From positions 1-29,195 of the forward strand of contig CAZPUV010000003.1 in the NCBI GenBank assembly GCA_964589805.1: a DNA stretch of 29,195 nt. Direction: 5' to 3'. The position numbers and the translations under genes are program-made. Below are positions 8,501 to 16,409 of this stretch, one piece after another. This DNA is from an uncultured bacterium. GTDB lineage: Bacteria; Krumholzibacteriota; Krumholzibacteriia; WVZY01; JAKEHA01. A model generated the notes under the pieces. It searched no databases. It had not been told where the DNA came from and was given only the letters and a program-made list of their open reading frames with translations. Position 1 is the first letter of the stretch. Every line of letters begins with the position of its first letter.

Positions 8501-9101
8501 ACACGCCGTGACGGCCCCGGACGACGATGCCCTCGGTCTGGTTGGTGATCTCCACGCTCCCGAACGCCTCCGCACGCCCGGAGAGGCGCTCGTAGAGCAG
8601 CCGGTCCGTTCGGATCACCGACGTCGAGTCCACGCCCACCACGCGGCCGATGAGCCACGCCTGCCCGGTCGTGCGCGAGTAGCGCGCCTCGTCGCAGGTG
8701 ATCTCCCAGCCCTGGTCGACGATGCGGACGTTGCGGCGCAGGATCGCGAGGTCCTCGTACTGGCGGTACTCGCCCTCGTCGCCGGTCATGACGACATTCT
8801 GCTGCTCGACCCGGACGTTTCCGTCCAGGATCGTGACCCGGCGCACCGAGTAGGACAGACCATGGTTGGCGGTGAGCGTGACGTCGCCGTGCACGATGCG
8901 GACGTTGTCGACGAGTTCGAGGACGGTCTCGCCGCCGATGTTCCGGAGCGAACTCCGGTCGGCGTCGATATCGAAGTGGTCCGCGGCCGGCGGCTGTTGC
9001 GTGGAGGCGATGTTCGCGACGAACACCGTCGCGAGGATGAGCCCCGCGCAGAGTGCGGCGGGCGCGCGGCGCGGTCGATGATCGTCGCGGAAGAACGGCA
9101 T
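5523..9101 (-). CDS. lptD: LPS assembly protein LptD with extended N-terminal OstA/LptA-like beta-jellyroll repeats, about 1192 aa
   Basis: Signal peptide from ATG 9101. Repeated OstA-like segments (VRIVHGDVTLTAN, VEQQNVVMTGD, ITCDEARY, TQCDSAMVY). LptD motifs YTTCDLAEPHYHF, GRQSGFLRP and RDLHCWEM, followed by an aromatic-rich beta-barrel region. Confidence 0.85.
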   Translation of the reverse strand: MPFFRDDHRPRRAPAALCAGLILATVFVANIASTQQPPAADHFDIDADRSSLRNIGGETVLELVDNVRIVHGDVTLTANHGLSYSVRRVTILDGNVRVEQQNVVMTGDEGEYRQYEDLAILRRNVRIVDQGWEITCDEARYSRTTGQAWLIGRVVGVDSTSVIRTDRLLYERLSGRAEAFGSVEITNQTEGIVVRGRHGVFYRNRGEGVVDQDPELISGPGDPEPVRVLADTMRVYPDSSRASAYYAVRILKGNTVTQCDSAMVYDDLKRVELFGNPIAKQNNVTMKGERMVAFYNESEIHRVDVEGRAEITEAVRDSLVTGRDSRIRGDSMTLYLHGNGLDSLRVTGNASSEYFPSNPKKVEGNSVRGDEMFFRFGDQAIEYVDVSGKSDGVYRYVDLSTGQTADSLRAVADTTLQYVPFAARADRVAYAAEHVQYFADRKQLVLRESARVRYRNSELAGDMITYYFDLQILDAAGAPVLTEGGQKLLGKRMEYDMDTETGLVLSGSTRYEEGFYSGENMAKVGENEMKVWNSWYTTCDLAEPHYHFAARTMKVYPEDKVFTGPIWLHVGKTPIIALPFMANSIRRGRQSGFLRPDIEFGITGESGRFIRNVGYYWATNDYTDFTLVTDFNEDRSWRAHVQNRYRLRYKFDGGANFSYFRDLNDQSTQWTIDGSHGQTLGEKFTLNAQLRFVSSDDAPQSVNTIDDVNRYIDRSIRSTASVRKSWDTVGFSASASRTQNLNIVDPNATRVDMTMPDVTLSIPSRSLYFGPDAGAADGFWSGLLRSTRYSPSLGGSRRVNEKLFERNEVVSGRAGLSFSSPQKLGFVTLSPGINTSLTSTRTDFRRDAHEEYRRVGNAIDTTFVSAIDSVETKNDFTWSLGGSANTNFYGTFYPHIGRIRGIRHAVSPSASYSYTPPRNERPRQQSVSLGLRNSIDVKVARDDTTSTGEEDVQKLSGVVIWNLTTSYRPDVPLSKAWGTIGSSFNTVIAGANLSINNSVDPYTFDVLNTNATTSFRISGTHPFGRSSSVEVRELNVVAAADTAAATRAKGRDFAAGGVEFVQTGDFVGERSASESGELDVQEGRLPWNLSLGLSYSKGATGAVNSTLRVGWDVKLTDRWRVDYSTIYDVEQQRLSGQNFSVTRDLHCWEMSFSRQQLGDEWQYYFRIALKAHPDLFAESGDRGVGGGLIGRF

Positions 9102-9112
9102 CGGACGTCGTC

Positions 9113-10069
9113 TCACACGGGGCGTCGGCGTTTCTTCGTCTTCCTGGCGGCCGGGCCGGCGCACAGCATCGCCGCTCCCACGACCGCGGCGTCGTTTCCC
9201 AGTCGCGAGGGTTCGATGACGGCCGCGGCCACGTTTTCCTTGAACGCGTGGGCGCGCACGGCGCGGCGCACGTGCGGCTCGAACAGGTCGAAGGCGCCCG
9301 CGATTCCGCCGGCCAGCACCACCACCGACGGGTTCAGCACGTCGAGCACCGACGCCACCGCGATGCCCAGGTGTTCACCGGCCTCGCGAACCGCCTCGCG
9401 GCAGGCGGCGTTCCCGCCCCGCGCGGCGTCGAGCACCGCGCGCGCGGTCGCCGGGTAGACGGGCCGCGCGGCACGCGAGCGGCGGCGAATCACCCGCCGG
9501 GCCGCGGCCACGATGCCGTAGGACCCCGCGTATGCCTCGAGACAGCCGCGGGAGCCGCAGCGGCAGCGGGGTCCCCCGGGATTCACCGTCATGTGTCCGA
9601 TCTCCCCGCCGAAACCGGAAACGCCCTGCACCACCCGGCCGCCGGCGACGATCCCGCCGCCGACCCCCGTGCCCATCGTGATGGCGACCAGATCGCGTCC
9701 GCGCGCGCCGCGCACAAACGACTCGCCGAACGCCGCACAGGTGGCGTCGTTGGCGACCATCACCGGGGCGGCGAAATGCCGGCGCGCGAGTCTGGCGAGG
9801 GACGCACCCTTCCACCGCGCCAGGTTCGGCGAGGCGCGCAGCACACCCGTGCGCGCGTCGACGAGACCGGCGCAACCGATCCCGACGCCCTCCACACCCG
9901 TCGCTCCGGCGAGCGTGCGCGCGGCATCGTGGATGCGGCGGAACGCCGCCGCCGGTCCGTCGCCGGCGCGGGTTTCGATCACCCCGCGCGCGAGCACGCG
10001 CCCGCTGGCCGAGACGGCCGCGACCTTGATGTTCGTCCCCCCGATATCGACGCCGAGATATGTTCTCAA
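9113..10069 (-). CDS. ROK family sugar kinase (glucokinase-like), 318 aa
   Basis: GVDIGGT, NDA, GTGVGGG and the zinc motif GHMT...CRCGSRGCLEAY. TTG start at 10069 overlaps the folC stop (TTGA). Confidence 0.92.
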   Translation of the reverse strand: MRTYLGVDIGGTNIKVAAVSASGRVLARGVIETRAGDGPAAAFRRIHDAARTLAGATGVEGVGIGCAGLVDARTGVLRASPNLARWKGASLARLARRHFAAPVMVANDATCAAFGESFVRGARGRDLVAITMGTGVGGGIVAGGRVVQGVSGFGGEIGHMTVNPGGPRCRCGSRGCLEAYAGSYGIVAAARRVIRRRSRAARPVYPATARAVLDAARGGNAACREAVREAGEHLGIAVASVLDVLNPSVVVLAGGIAGAFDLFEPHVRRAVRAHAFKENVAAAVIEPSRLGNDAAVVGAAMLCAGPAARKTKKRRRPV

Positions 10070-11433
10070 GTTACGGTCTCGCCATCCGCGGCGAACATCC
10101 GCCTTCCGAATTCCTCGACCACCCGGTGGGATCCCAGGACCACCACCGTCGTCACCCGCGATCGCTCGTCGTCCAGCCACGCGATCAGCCGCACGAGCGG
10201 ATCGTCGCCCTCATCCACGCGATTCCACAGCATGACGTCGGCGGCCGCATTCGGCAAGTGCGGAGCGAGGTATTTCGCCAGCAATTCGTGGGGTTCGTGC
10301 GCCAGATCGGAACTGCCCGGCTCGAGCCCCGGATCGACGAGACACAGGCACCCGAACGCGCGCACCAGATGCTGCGGCGCGTGGAACAGCTCCTTGCGGC
10401 GCAGGAGTCCGAAGACGACCGCGCACTCCTCACGGCGCCGGAATGCGGCCACGTGGTCGGCGGTGGCCGCGATGGCGGCCTCGTTGTGCGCGACGTCGAT
10501 CACGAACGTGCGTCCGCGCCGCTCGACGCACTGGAAACGGCCCGGAATGCGGGCGCCGGCGATCGCCGCCGGAACGCCCGCGAGTTCCCCCGCGACCCGC
10601 TCCGCCGCGCCGACGGCGAGGAGCGCGTTCTCCGCCTGGTGCGGCCCACCGAACGGAAGCCGCAGACGCCCGTAGTCGGCACGCGGTGTGCGCAGCTCCG
10701 CCCAGGCGCCGTCGAACATCGGCTCGACCACCGCAGCCGTCCCCAGATCGGCCGGACCGGCGACCGGGAACCCCTCCCGCGCGGCGCGCTCGTCCACGAT
10801 GGCCCGGAGCCCCGGCGCGAGCGATCCCACGAGCAACGGCTTCCCCGGGCGCGACACGCCCAGCTTCTCGCGGAGTATCTCCTCCACGGTGTCGCCGAGG
10901 ATGCGCCGGTGATCCAGCGAGATGCTGGTGATGATCGAGACCTCGGGTTCGACCACGTTGGTCGCGTCGAAGCGACCTCCGAGTCCCACTTCCAGCACGG
11001 CGGCTTCCACCGCTCGCTCCGCGAACACGAGGAACGCGATGGCGGTGAGTGCTTCGAAGTAGCTGTACGGGATTTCCTCCCGGAGCGGAACCACGCGCCG
11101 GGCAGCCGCCTCCATTTCGTCGATGGAAACGAAGGCGCCGTCGACCGAGATCCGCTCGGCCACGCTGAAGACGTGCGGAGATGTGTAGCGGCCGGTCGTG
11201 ATCCCCTGCGCCGAGAGAATCGCCGCGAGCAGCGTGGTGACCGATCCCTTCCCGTTCGTGCCGGCCACCAGGACGGAGCGGAACGAACGCTCGGGGTGAC
11301 CCAGACGCTCCATGAGCGCCCGGATGTTCCCGAGACCCAGCGTCATCGCCGAGGGTGAAAGGCCGAGAACGAACTGGAGATCGGGCGGCAGGGGGTCGCG
11401 CAGGTCAGGAAACGGCCGGCGACTGCGAGTCAT
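10066..11433 (-). CDS. folC: Bifunctional folylpolyglutamate synthase/dihydrofolate synthase
   Basis: GTNGKGS P-loop, YTSPH, EVGLGGRFDATN and DVAHN. Classic accD-folC synteny. Confidence 0.95.
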   Translation of the reverse strand: MTRSRRPFPDLRDPLPPDLQFVLGLSPSAMTLGLGNIRALMERLGHPERSFRSVLVAGTNGKGSVTTLLAAILSAQGITTGRYTSPHVFSVAERISVDGAFVSIDEMEAAARRVVPLREEIPYSYFEALTAIAFLVFAERAVEAAVLEVGLGGRFDATNVVEPEVSIITSISLDHRRILGDTVEEILREKLGVSRPGKPLLVGSLAPGLRAIVDERAAREGFPVAGPADLGTAAVVEPMFDGAWAELRTPRADYGRLRLPFGGPHQAENALLAVGAAERVAGELAGVPAAIAGARIPGRFQCVERRGRTFVIDVAHNEAAIAATADHVAAFRRREECAVVFGLLRRKELFHAPQHLVRAFGCLCLVDPGLEPGSSDLAHEPHELLAKYLAPHLPNAAADVMLWNRVDEGDDPLVRLIAWLDDERSRVTTVVVLGSHRVVEEFGRRMFAADGETVT

Positions 11434-12304
11434 CCTTTACGTCCTGTTCCGAGACGGAGACCGCGCCGGCGCACAGGAAATCGATTACGCCCTCGAGAAC
11501 GCCGCGCAACTCATCGCGGGGGACGATCATGTCGATCATGCCGTGCTCCAGCAGAAACTCGCTCCGCTGGAATCCTTCGGGGAGGTCCTGACGAATCGTC
11601 TGCTGTATGACCCTGGGGCCTGCGAAACCGATGAGCGCCTTGGGCTCCGCGATGATGACGTCACCGAGACTCGCGAAGCTCGCGGTCACACCGCCGGTCG
11701 TGGGATTCGTGAGAATCGATATGAACGGCAGTCCTTCTTCGGACATCTGCGCGAGCATCGCGCTCGTCTTGGCCATCTGCATCAGCGAGAAGATCGACTC
11801 CTGCATGCGCGCCCCACCCGAACGGGACACGACCGCCAGCGGCCGCCGCCGCAGGATCGCGTCCTGGGCCGCCCGCGCGAACTTCTCCCCCACCACCGAA
11901 CCCATGCTCCCGCCCATGTACGAGAAGTCCATGATGGCGAGGACGATCTCGCGCCCGCCCATCGTCGCGAAGCCGGTGACCAGGGCGTCGTTGACGCCCG
12001 TCTTCTCCGCGTACTCGCGGATGCGGTCCTTGTACTTCTTGAGGTCCTTGAACTGGAGGGGATCGCCGGACACCAGACCCGTGTGGGTCTCACGGAACGA
12101 GCCGGGATCGGTGAGGATCTCGATGTACTGCTGTGTCGAGATCATGAAGTGGTTGCCGCACGCGGAACACGTCCAGAACCGCTTCTCGAGTTCCTTCACG
12201 TAGAGGATTTCGCCGCAGAGATCGCACTTCTTCCAGAGGCCGTCGGGAACCGCCTTCTTGCGAATCGGCTGGACGCCCCTCTTTTCCCTCTTGAACCAGG
12301 ACAA
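11405..12304 (-). CDS. accD: Acetyl-CoA carboxylase carboxyltransferase beta subunit
   Basis: C4 zinc finger (CDLC...CSAC), MGGSMGSVVGEK, SGGARMQE, PTTGGVTASFA and IGFAGPRVI. TTG start with GAGGAG RBS. Confidence 0.97.
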   Translation of the reverse strand: MSWFKREKRGVQPIRKKAVPDGLWKKCDLCGEILYVKELEKRFWTCSACGNHFMISTQQYIEILTDPGSFRETHTGLVSGDPLQFKDLKKYKDRIREYAEKTGVNDALVTGFATMGGREIVLAIMDFSYMGGSMGSVVGEKFARAAQDAILRRRPLAVVSRSGGARMQESIFSLMQMAKTSAMLAQMSEEGLPFISILTNPTTGGVTASFASLGDVIIAEPKALIGFAGPRVIQQTIRQDLPEGFQRSEFLLEHGMIDMIVPRDELRGVLEGVIDFLCAGAVSVSEQDVKDDSQSPAVS

Positions 12305-12336
12305 CGGCGCTCTCCTCCTCGAACGGGTACGGACAC

Positions 12337-12365
12337 ACTATAGTTGCGGCGGGGGGGGCCGACAA
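12337..12365 (-). promoter_or_regulatory. Sigma70-type promoter of accD-folC
   Basis: TTGTCG-N17-TATAGT. The spacer contains a C8 tract. Confidence 0.7.
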
Positions 12366-12401
12366 CTCCAAACGCGGCCGGGACGGACCTCACGACCTAA
12401 T

Positions 12402-13130
12402 TCACATATCTACAACGAGTTGTCTGATCAGGGCGGCCAGTCTTCCGCTCGCTTCGCGCCCCACGCGGACCACGTCGTCGTGATTCGGGACCGCGCAGGC
12501 GATCCCGGTGCACGGGTTGGTGACCAGGGCCACGGCGGCGACGCGGATGCCCGTCGCGCCGGCGGCCGCGATCTCGGGTGCGCCAGACATCGTGGCGACG
12601 TCGCCCCCGGCCCGCTGGAGGGATTCCACTTCCGCGACCGTCTCGTATGCCGGTCCCGGGCAGCAGACCCCGATGCCGCGGTGGACCGCAACCCCGGCCG
12701 AGCGGGCCGCGCGCTCGACGGCCGCCGTGAGTCCGGCGTCCAGCCGGGGCCGGAGCCCGCCGGGCCCGGGGGGGCGGTTCTGACGGTCGAGGAGGTCGCG
12801 GAACACCATCAGGTCGCCGGGCACCAGGCCCGGCCGGAGCGCGCCGGCCGCCGATGCCACGAGCAGATCGGTCGCGCCGCGGCGGGCAAGCCATTCCACC
12901 AGCCGCGTGACCGCCGCCAGTTCGCCCTCGTACCCGTGACGCCGGCCCAGCACGAGCAGGCACGGCCGGCCTTCGACGGCGCCGACGCGCACCTCACCCG
13001 CGTGACCCGGCACCGCGCAGGCTCCCACGCCGTCGATTCGGTCGAACGGCACCACTTCGTGCGCAACGATCGTGGCGGAAAGCGGACCCATGCCGCTGCC
13101 GGCGATGATGGCGAGACGGCGGGCGCTCAC
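12402..13130 (-). CDS. Purine nucleoside phosphorylase (PNP/MTAP family), 242 aa
   Basis: IIAGSG, GHAG, GRRHGYEG, GPAYETVAE, MSGAPE and LVTN. GTG start at 13130 overlaps the rimI stop (GTGA). Confidence 0.88.
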   Translation of the reverse strand: MSARRLAIIAGSGMGPLSATIVAHEVVPFDRIDGVGACAVPGHAGEVRVGAVEGRPCLLVLGRRHGYEGELAAVTRLVEWLARRGATDLLVASAAGALRPGLVPGDLMVFRDLLDRQNRPPGPGGLRPRLDAGLTAAVERAARSAGVAVHRGIGVCCPGPAYETVAEVESLQRAGGDVATMSGAPEIAAAGATGIRVAAVALVTNPCTGIACAVPNHDDVVRVGREASGRLAALIRQLVVDM

Positions 13131-13585
13131 GCCGCCGGCTCCAGCCGGAGGGTCAGCACGAGCGCGTCCTCGTCGTTGTCGTGGTAGTAGCGCCGGCGCA
13201 CACCGACGGGCGAGAAGCCCATGGTCTGGTAGAGCAGCCGGGCCGGCGTGTTGCTCACGCGCACCTCGAGGGTGAGGATCCGGCAATTCCCGGCCCGGGC
13301 AACGTCGATCAGGTGCACGAGCATCCGGCGCGCGTAGCCGCGGCGCTGAAACTCGCGCGCGATGGCCAGGTTGAGGACGTGCACCTCACCGCGCAACATC
13401 CACGATACAAGGTACCCGATCACCGTGCCGCCGACCGACCCCACGAACGATCGCGACAGCCACTTCTCCTCGACTTCCTGTACGAACATCCCCTCCGACC
13501 ACGGCGCAGGAAACAGGTCGCGCTCGATTTCGAGCACGCGCGGGATGTGCGCGGCCTCCATCGCTTCGATGACGAGGTCACTCAT
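13127..13585 (-). CDS. rimI: Ribosomal protein S18-alanine N-acetyltransferase, 152 aa
   Basis: HVLNLAI...FQRRGYA, TLEVRVSN, GFSPVGVRRRYY...EDAL. Follows tsaB. Confidence 0.92.
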   Translation of the reverse strand: MSDLVIEAMEAAHIPRVLEIERDLFPAPWSEGMFVQEVEEKWLSRSFVGSVGGTVIGYLVSWMLRGEVHVLNLAIAREFQRRGYARRMLVHLIDVARAGNCRILTLEVRVSNTPARLLYQTMGFSPVGVRRRYYHDNDEDALVLTLRLEPAA

Positions 13586-14342
13586 CGCCCGGCCCCTTCC
13601 CGGGGTCACCGGGCCGGCGGGCATGAGAGCGCAGCCGTACGCGTTCAGCGCCGCTGGGCCGGACGTAGAGCGGTTCGAGCCCGCGCACCGCGGCTTCGTC
13701 GAGCGCGCGCATCCCCGCCGCGATGCGAGCCAGGAACTCCGTGGACGGGAGACACGCGGGCGGGTCCGCGAAACGCGCTCCGGGGAAGGCGGCGAGAATC
13801 GCGTCCCGCGAGGCGAGTGCGCCGGTTCCCACGAAGATCGCCGGCGCTTCCTCCCGCCCGCGCGGGAGTGCTTCGATGAGTGTCCCCGGCGTTTGCGCGC
13901 ACGGCGCGATCATTTCGTGCGCCGCGGCGGTGTCGGAGCCGGTCGCCGCACCCGACGCGCGCGCGTACAGCGCCGCGTACACCTCGCCCCGCCGCGCGTC
14001 CACCATCGCGCACGCACGCTCGTGGCGCGCGAGCAACGGGAGCGCGAGCAGGCGGAGAGAGTCGATGGGCACGATGGCGGCGCCGCTCGCCGCGTGCAGG
14101 CCCTTGGCGAACGCCAACCCGATGCGGAGTCCGGTGAAGCTCCCCGGTCCCACGACGATCGCCACGCGTTCGACCGCGCTGGCCTGGAGCGACGCCCCGG
14201 CGAGGAGGCGCTCCACCGCGTGCGACAGCGCCACCAGGTGCGAAGCGGGATGCTCGAAGCGCTCCGTGCCGAGCACCGCGTCGTCGCGCGCGAGCGTCAC
14301 CGCGCCCGTCGCGTGCGACGTATCGACGGCGAGCGTCACCAC
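13578..14342 (-). CDS. tsaB: tRNA threonylcarbamoyladenosine biosynthesis protein TsaB
   Basis: LAVDTS, GPGSFTGLRIG and DARRGEVY. Located between tsaE and rimI. Confidence 0.93.
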   Translation of the reverse strand: MVTLAVDTSHATGAVTLARDDAVLGTERFEHPASHLVALSHAVERLLAGASLQASAVERVAIVVGPGSFTGLRIGLAFAKGLHAASGAAIVPIDSLRLLALPLLARHERACAMVDARRGEVYAALYARASGAATGSDTAAAHEMIAPCAQTPGTLIEALPRGREEAPAIFVGTGALASRDAILAAFPGARFADPPACLPSTEFLARIAAGMRALDEAAVRGLEPLYVRPSGAERVRLRSHARRPGDPGKGPGDE

Positions 14343-14806
14343 GCGATGCCTCCGATCTGGGCCGCCGCGTCCGGCACGGCGAACACGGTGATCGTCCGTA
14401 CATCCTCGCCGCCGGTGGCAATGCGGATCTCGACGTCCGCGGCCGCGAGGAGCGAGGGCGAGCGCTCACCCCATTCGGCGAGAACGACCGTGTCTTCTCC
14501 CTGCATGTCGAAGACGCCGATTTCCTCGAGATCGCGTTCGTGCTCCAGGCGGTAGAGATCGATGTGCGCGATCTCGAGTCGCCCGGAGAGCATCTCGACG
14601 AGGATGAACGTGGGGCTCACGATCGTGCCCGTCACCCCGAGACCGCGGCAGATCCCGCGCACGAGCACCGTCTTGCCCGCGCCGAGGGGTCCCGAGAGGC
14701 ACACCGAGAGGCCGCGTCGGATCCGTTCCCCGAGGGCGGCTCCGAAGCGTTCGGTCTCGACGTCCGATTCGGTGCGCAGCGCGTATACCTGGCTCCGCTG
14801 CATCAT
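14336..14806 (-). CDS. tsaE: tRNA threonylcarbamoyladenosine biosynthesis ATPase TsaE, 156 aa
   Basis: GPLGAGKT Walker A, SPTF, HIDLYRL and EWGE. ATG at 14806 (or 14803). Confidence 0.93.
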   Translation of the reverse strand: MMQRSQVYALRTESDVETERFGAALGERIRRGLSVCLSGPLGAGKTVLVRGICRGLGVTGTIVSPTFILVEMLSGRLEIAHIDLYRLEHERDLEEIGVFDMQGEDTVVLAEWGERSPSLLAAADVEIRIATGGEDVRTITVFAVPDAAAQIGGIAW

Positions 14807-14819
14807 GGGGGGCGCCCCG

Positions 14820-16364
14820 CTACCGGGGCGTGAGGGTGAGACAGGGGAGAACCATCTCCTCGAGGGAGACCCCGCCGTGCTGAAAACTCCCCTCGTACGC
14901 CTTCTCGTAGTCGCGGAAGTTGGTCGGATAGACGAAGTAGAAGTACTCCTTGGCGAAGAGGTACGACTTCGTGCGCGACTCGGCGGGCAGTCTGAACTCG
15001 CCCGGCGTCCGCGTGATGATGGCCTGGCGCTCGTCGCACTTGAGGTTGTCACCGAACTTGTAACGCAGGTTGGTGGATGTGTCCCTGCGCCCGTGCACGA
15101 GACTCGCCTTGCGGCCGAGAATCGAGCCGTGGTCGGTGGTCAGGACCACCTTGATTCCGGCCCGGGCCAGATCGGCGAGGATTTCGCGCAGCACCGAGTG
15201 CGAGAACCATGAATGCATGAGCGAACGAAACGACGACTCGTCCGGCAGGAGCTGCTGGAGGATCTCGGACTGGTTCCGGCCGTGGGTGAGGATGTCGACG
15301 AAGTTGAACACCATGGCCACGAAGGAGGAATTCATCAGGCTCGCCACGCGCTTGCGTGTATCCGCCGCCTCGGCCGCGTTGAAGATCTTGACGTACCGGA
15401 GCTTGCTCTCGTCCAGCCGCATCCCGCGCATCTGTTCGCCGAGGAAGAAGGACTCGTACTTGTTCTTGCTCGTCTCTTCGTTGCTGCGTTCGAGCCACTT
15501 TTCGGGATGGCGCCGCGCGATCTCGTCCGGGAACAGGCCGCTGAAGATCGCGTTGCGCGAATAGGGCGTGGCCGTGGGCAGGATGGAGCAGTAGAAGTCC
15601 CAGCGCACGTCGAATGACTCCGTCAGGAACTCCTCGATCACCATCCACTGATCCAGGCGCACGCAGTCGACCAGTATGAAGAACAGCTTCTCGCCGGCCA
15701 GGAGGTGTGGCGCGATGAACTTCGGAAACAGGTCCACGCTCATGGGCGGGCGCTTGTCCGACGCCACCCAGTCGCGGTAGTTGTTCTCGACGAACCGTCC
15801 GAACTGCTGCGCGTGGTTGAGCCGCTGGTCCTCGTGCGTCGACTCGAGACCGCTGCGGCGGTACTGGTCGAACTCCCGGTCCCAGGCGCACATGCGCCGG
15901 TGGATGCGGAGCCAGGCGTCCCACGTGTCTTCCCGGGCCAGAGCGCTGATCTCGTTGAACTCGCGGATGTAGTCCGGCGGGAAGCGCGCTTCCTGGATGC
16001 GGGGCGCGTCGAGGATGCGTTTGCACGCGGAGTAGATCTGGAGCGGGCTGACGGGCTTGAGGAGGTAGTCGTCGATCTTCATGCCGAACGCGTTGTCCAT
16101 CAGGCGTTCTTCTTCGTTCTTGGTGATCATGACCACCGGGAGGGCCGGGTCGGTCTCCTTGATCTCCACGAGCGTATCGAGCCCGCCCCGGCCGGGCATG
16201 GACTCGTCCAGGAGCATGATGTCGAACTTGCCCTGCCGGACCAGCGTCAGCGCGTCGGCGCCGTTGGTGGCCGTCTGGACCTGGTAGCCCTTGTCGCGGA
16301 GGAAGAGGACGTGCGACTTGAGGAGTTCGATCTCGTCATCGACCCATAGAATTCGTTTGCTCAC
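14820..16364 (-). CDS. porX: PorX-like bifunctional response regulator: receiver domain plus PglZ/alkaline-phosphatase-superfamily domain, 514 aa
   Basis: ILWVDDEIELLK, LLDESMPG, VMITKNEEE, LVDCVRLDQW, LPTATPYSRNAIFSG, TTDHG, TNLRYK and FQHGGVSLEEM. GTG start at 16364. Confidence 0.85.
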   Translation of the reverse strand: MSKRILWVDDEIELLKSHVLFLRDKGYQVQTATNGADALTLVRQGKFDIMLLDESMPGRGGLDTLVEIKETDPALPVVMITKNEEERLMDNAFGMKIDDYLLKPVSPLQIYSACKRILDAPRIQEARFPPDYIREFNEISALAREDTWDAWLRIHRRMCAWDREFDQYRRSGLESTHEDQRLNHAQQFGRFVENNYRDWVASDKRPPMSVDLFPKFIAPHLLAGEKLFFILVDCVRLDQWMVIEEFLTESFDVRWDFYCSILPTATPYSRNAIFSGLFPDEIARRHPEKWLERSNEETSKNKYESFFLGEQMRGMRLDESKLRYVKIFNAAEAADTRKRVASLMNSSFVAMVFNFVDILTHGRNQSEILQQLLPDESSFRSLMHSWFSHSVLREILADLARAGIKVVLTTDHGSILGRKASLVHGRRDTSTNLRYKFGDNLKCDERQAIITRTPGEFRLPAESRTKSYLFAKEYFYFVYPTNFRDYEKAYEGSFQHGGVSLEEMVLPCLTLTPR

Positions 16365-16370
16365 GCTGGA

Positions 16371-16400
16371 AGTATACGCACCGGCCCGAGGGACTAGCAA
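16371..16400 (-). promoter_or_regulatory. Sigma70-type promoter of porX-like gene, probably leaderless
   Basis: TTGCTA-N18-TATACT, ending 6 nt before GTG 16364, with no Shine-Dalgarno. Confidence 0.7.
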
Positions 16401-16409
16401 GGGCGCCGA

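Noticed and set aside
14820-16364. PglZ domain as evidence of a BREX phage-defence system
   Set aside because: The domain is fused to a receiver domain in PorX architecture, and no brxC, pglX or brxL genes are nearby.
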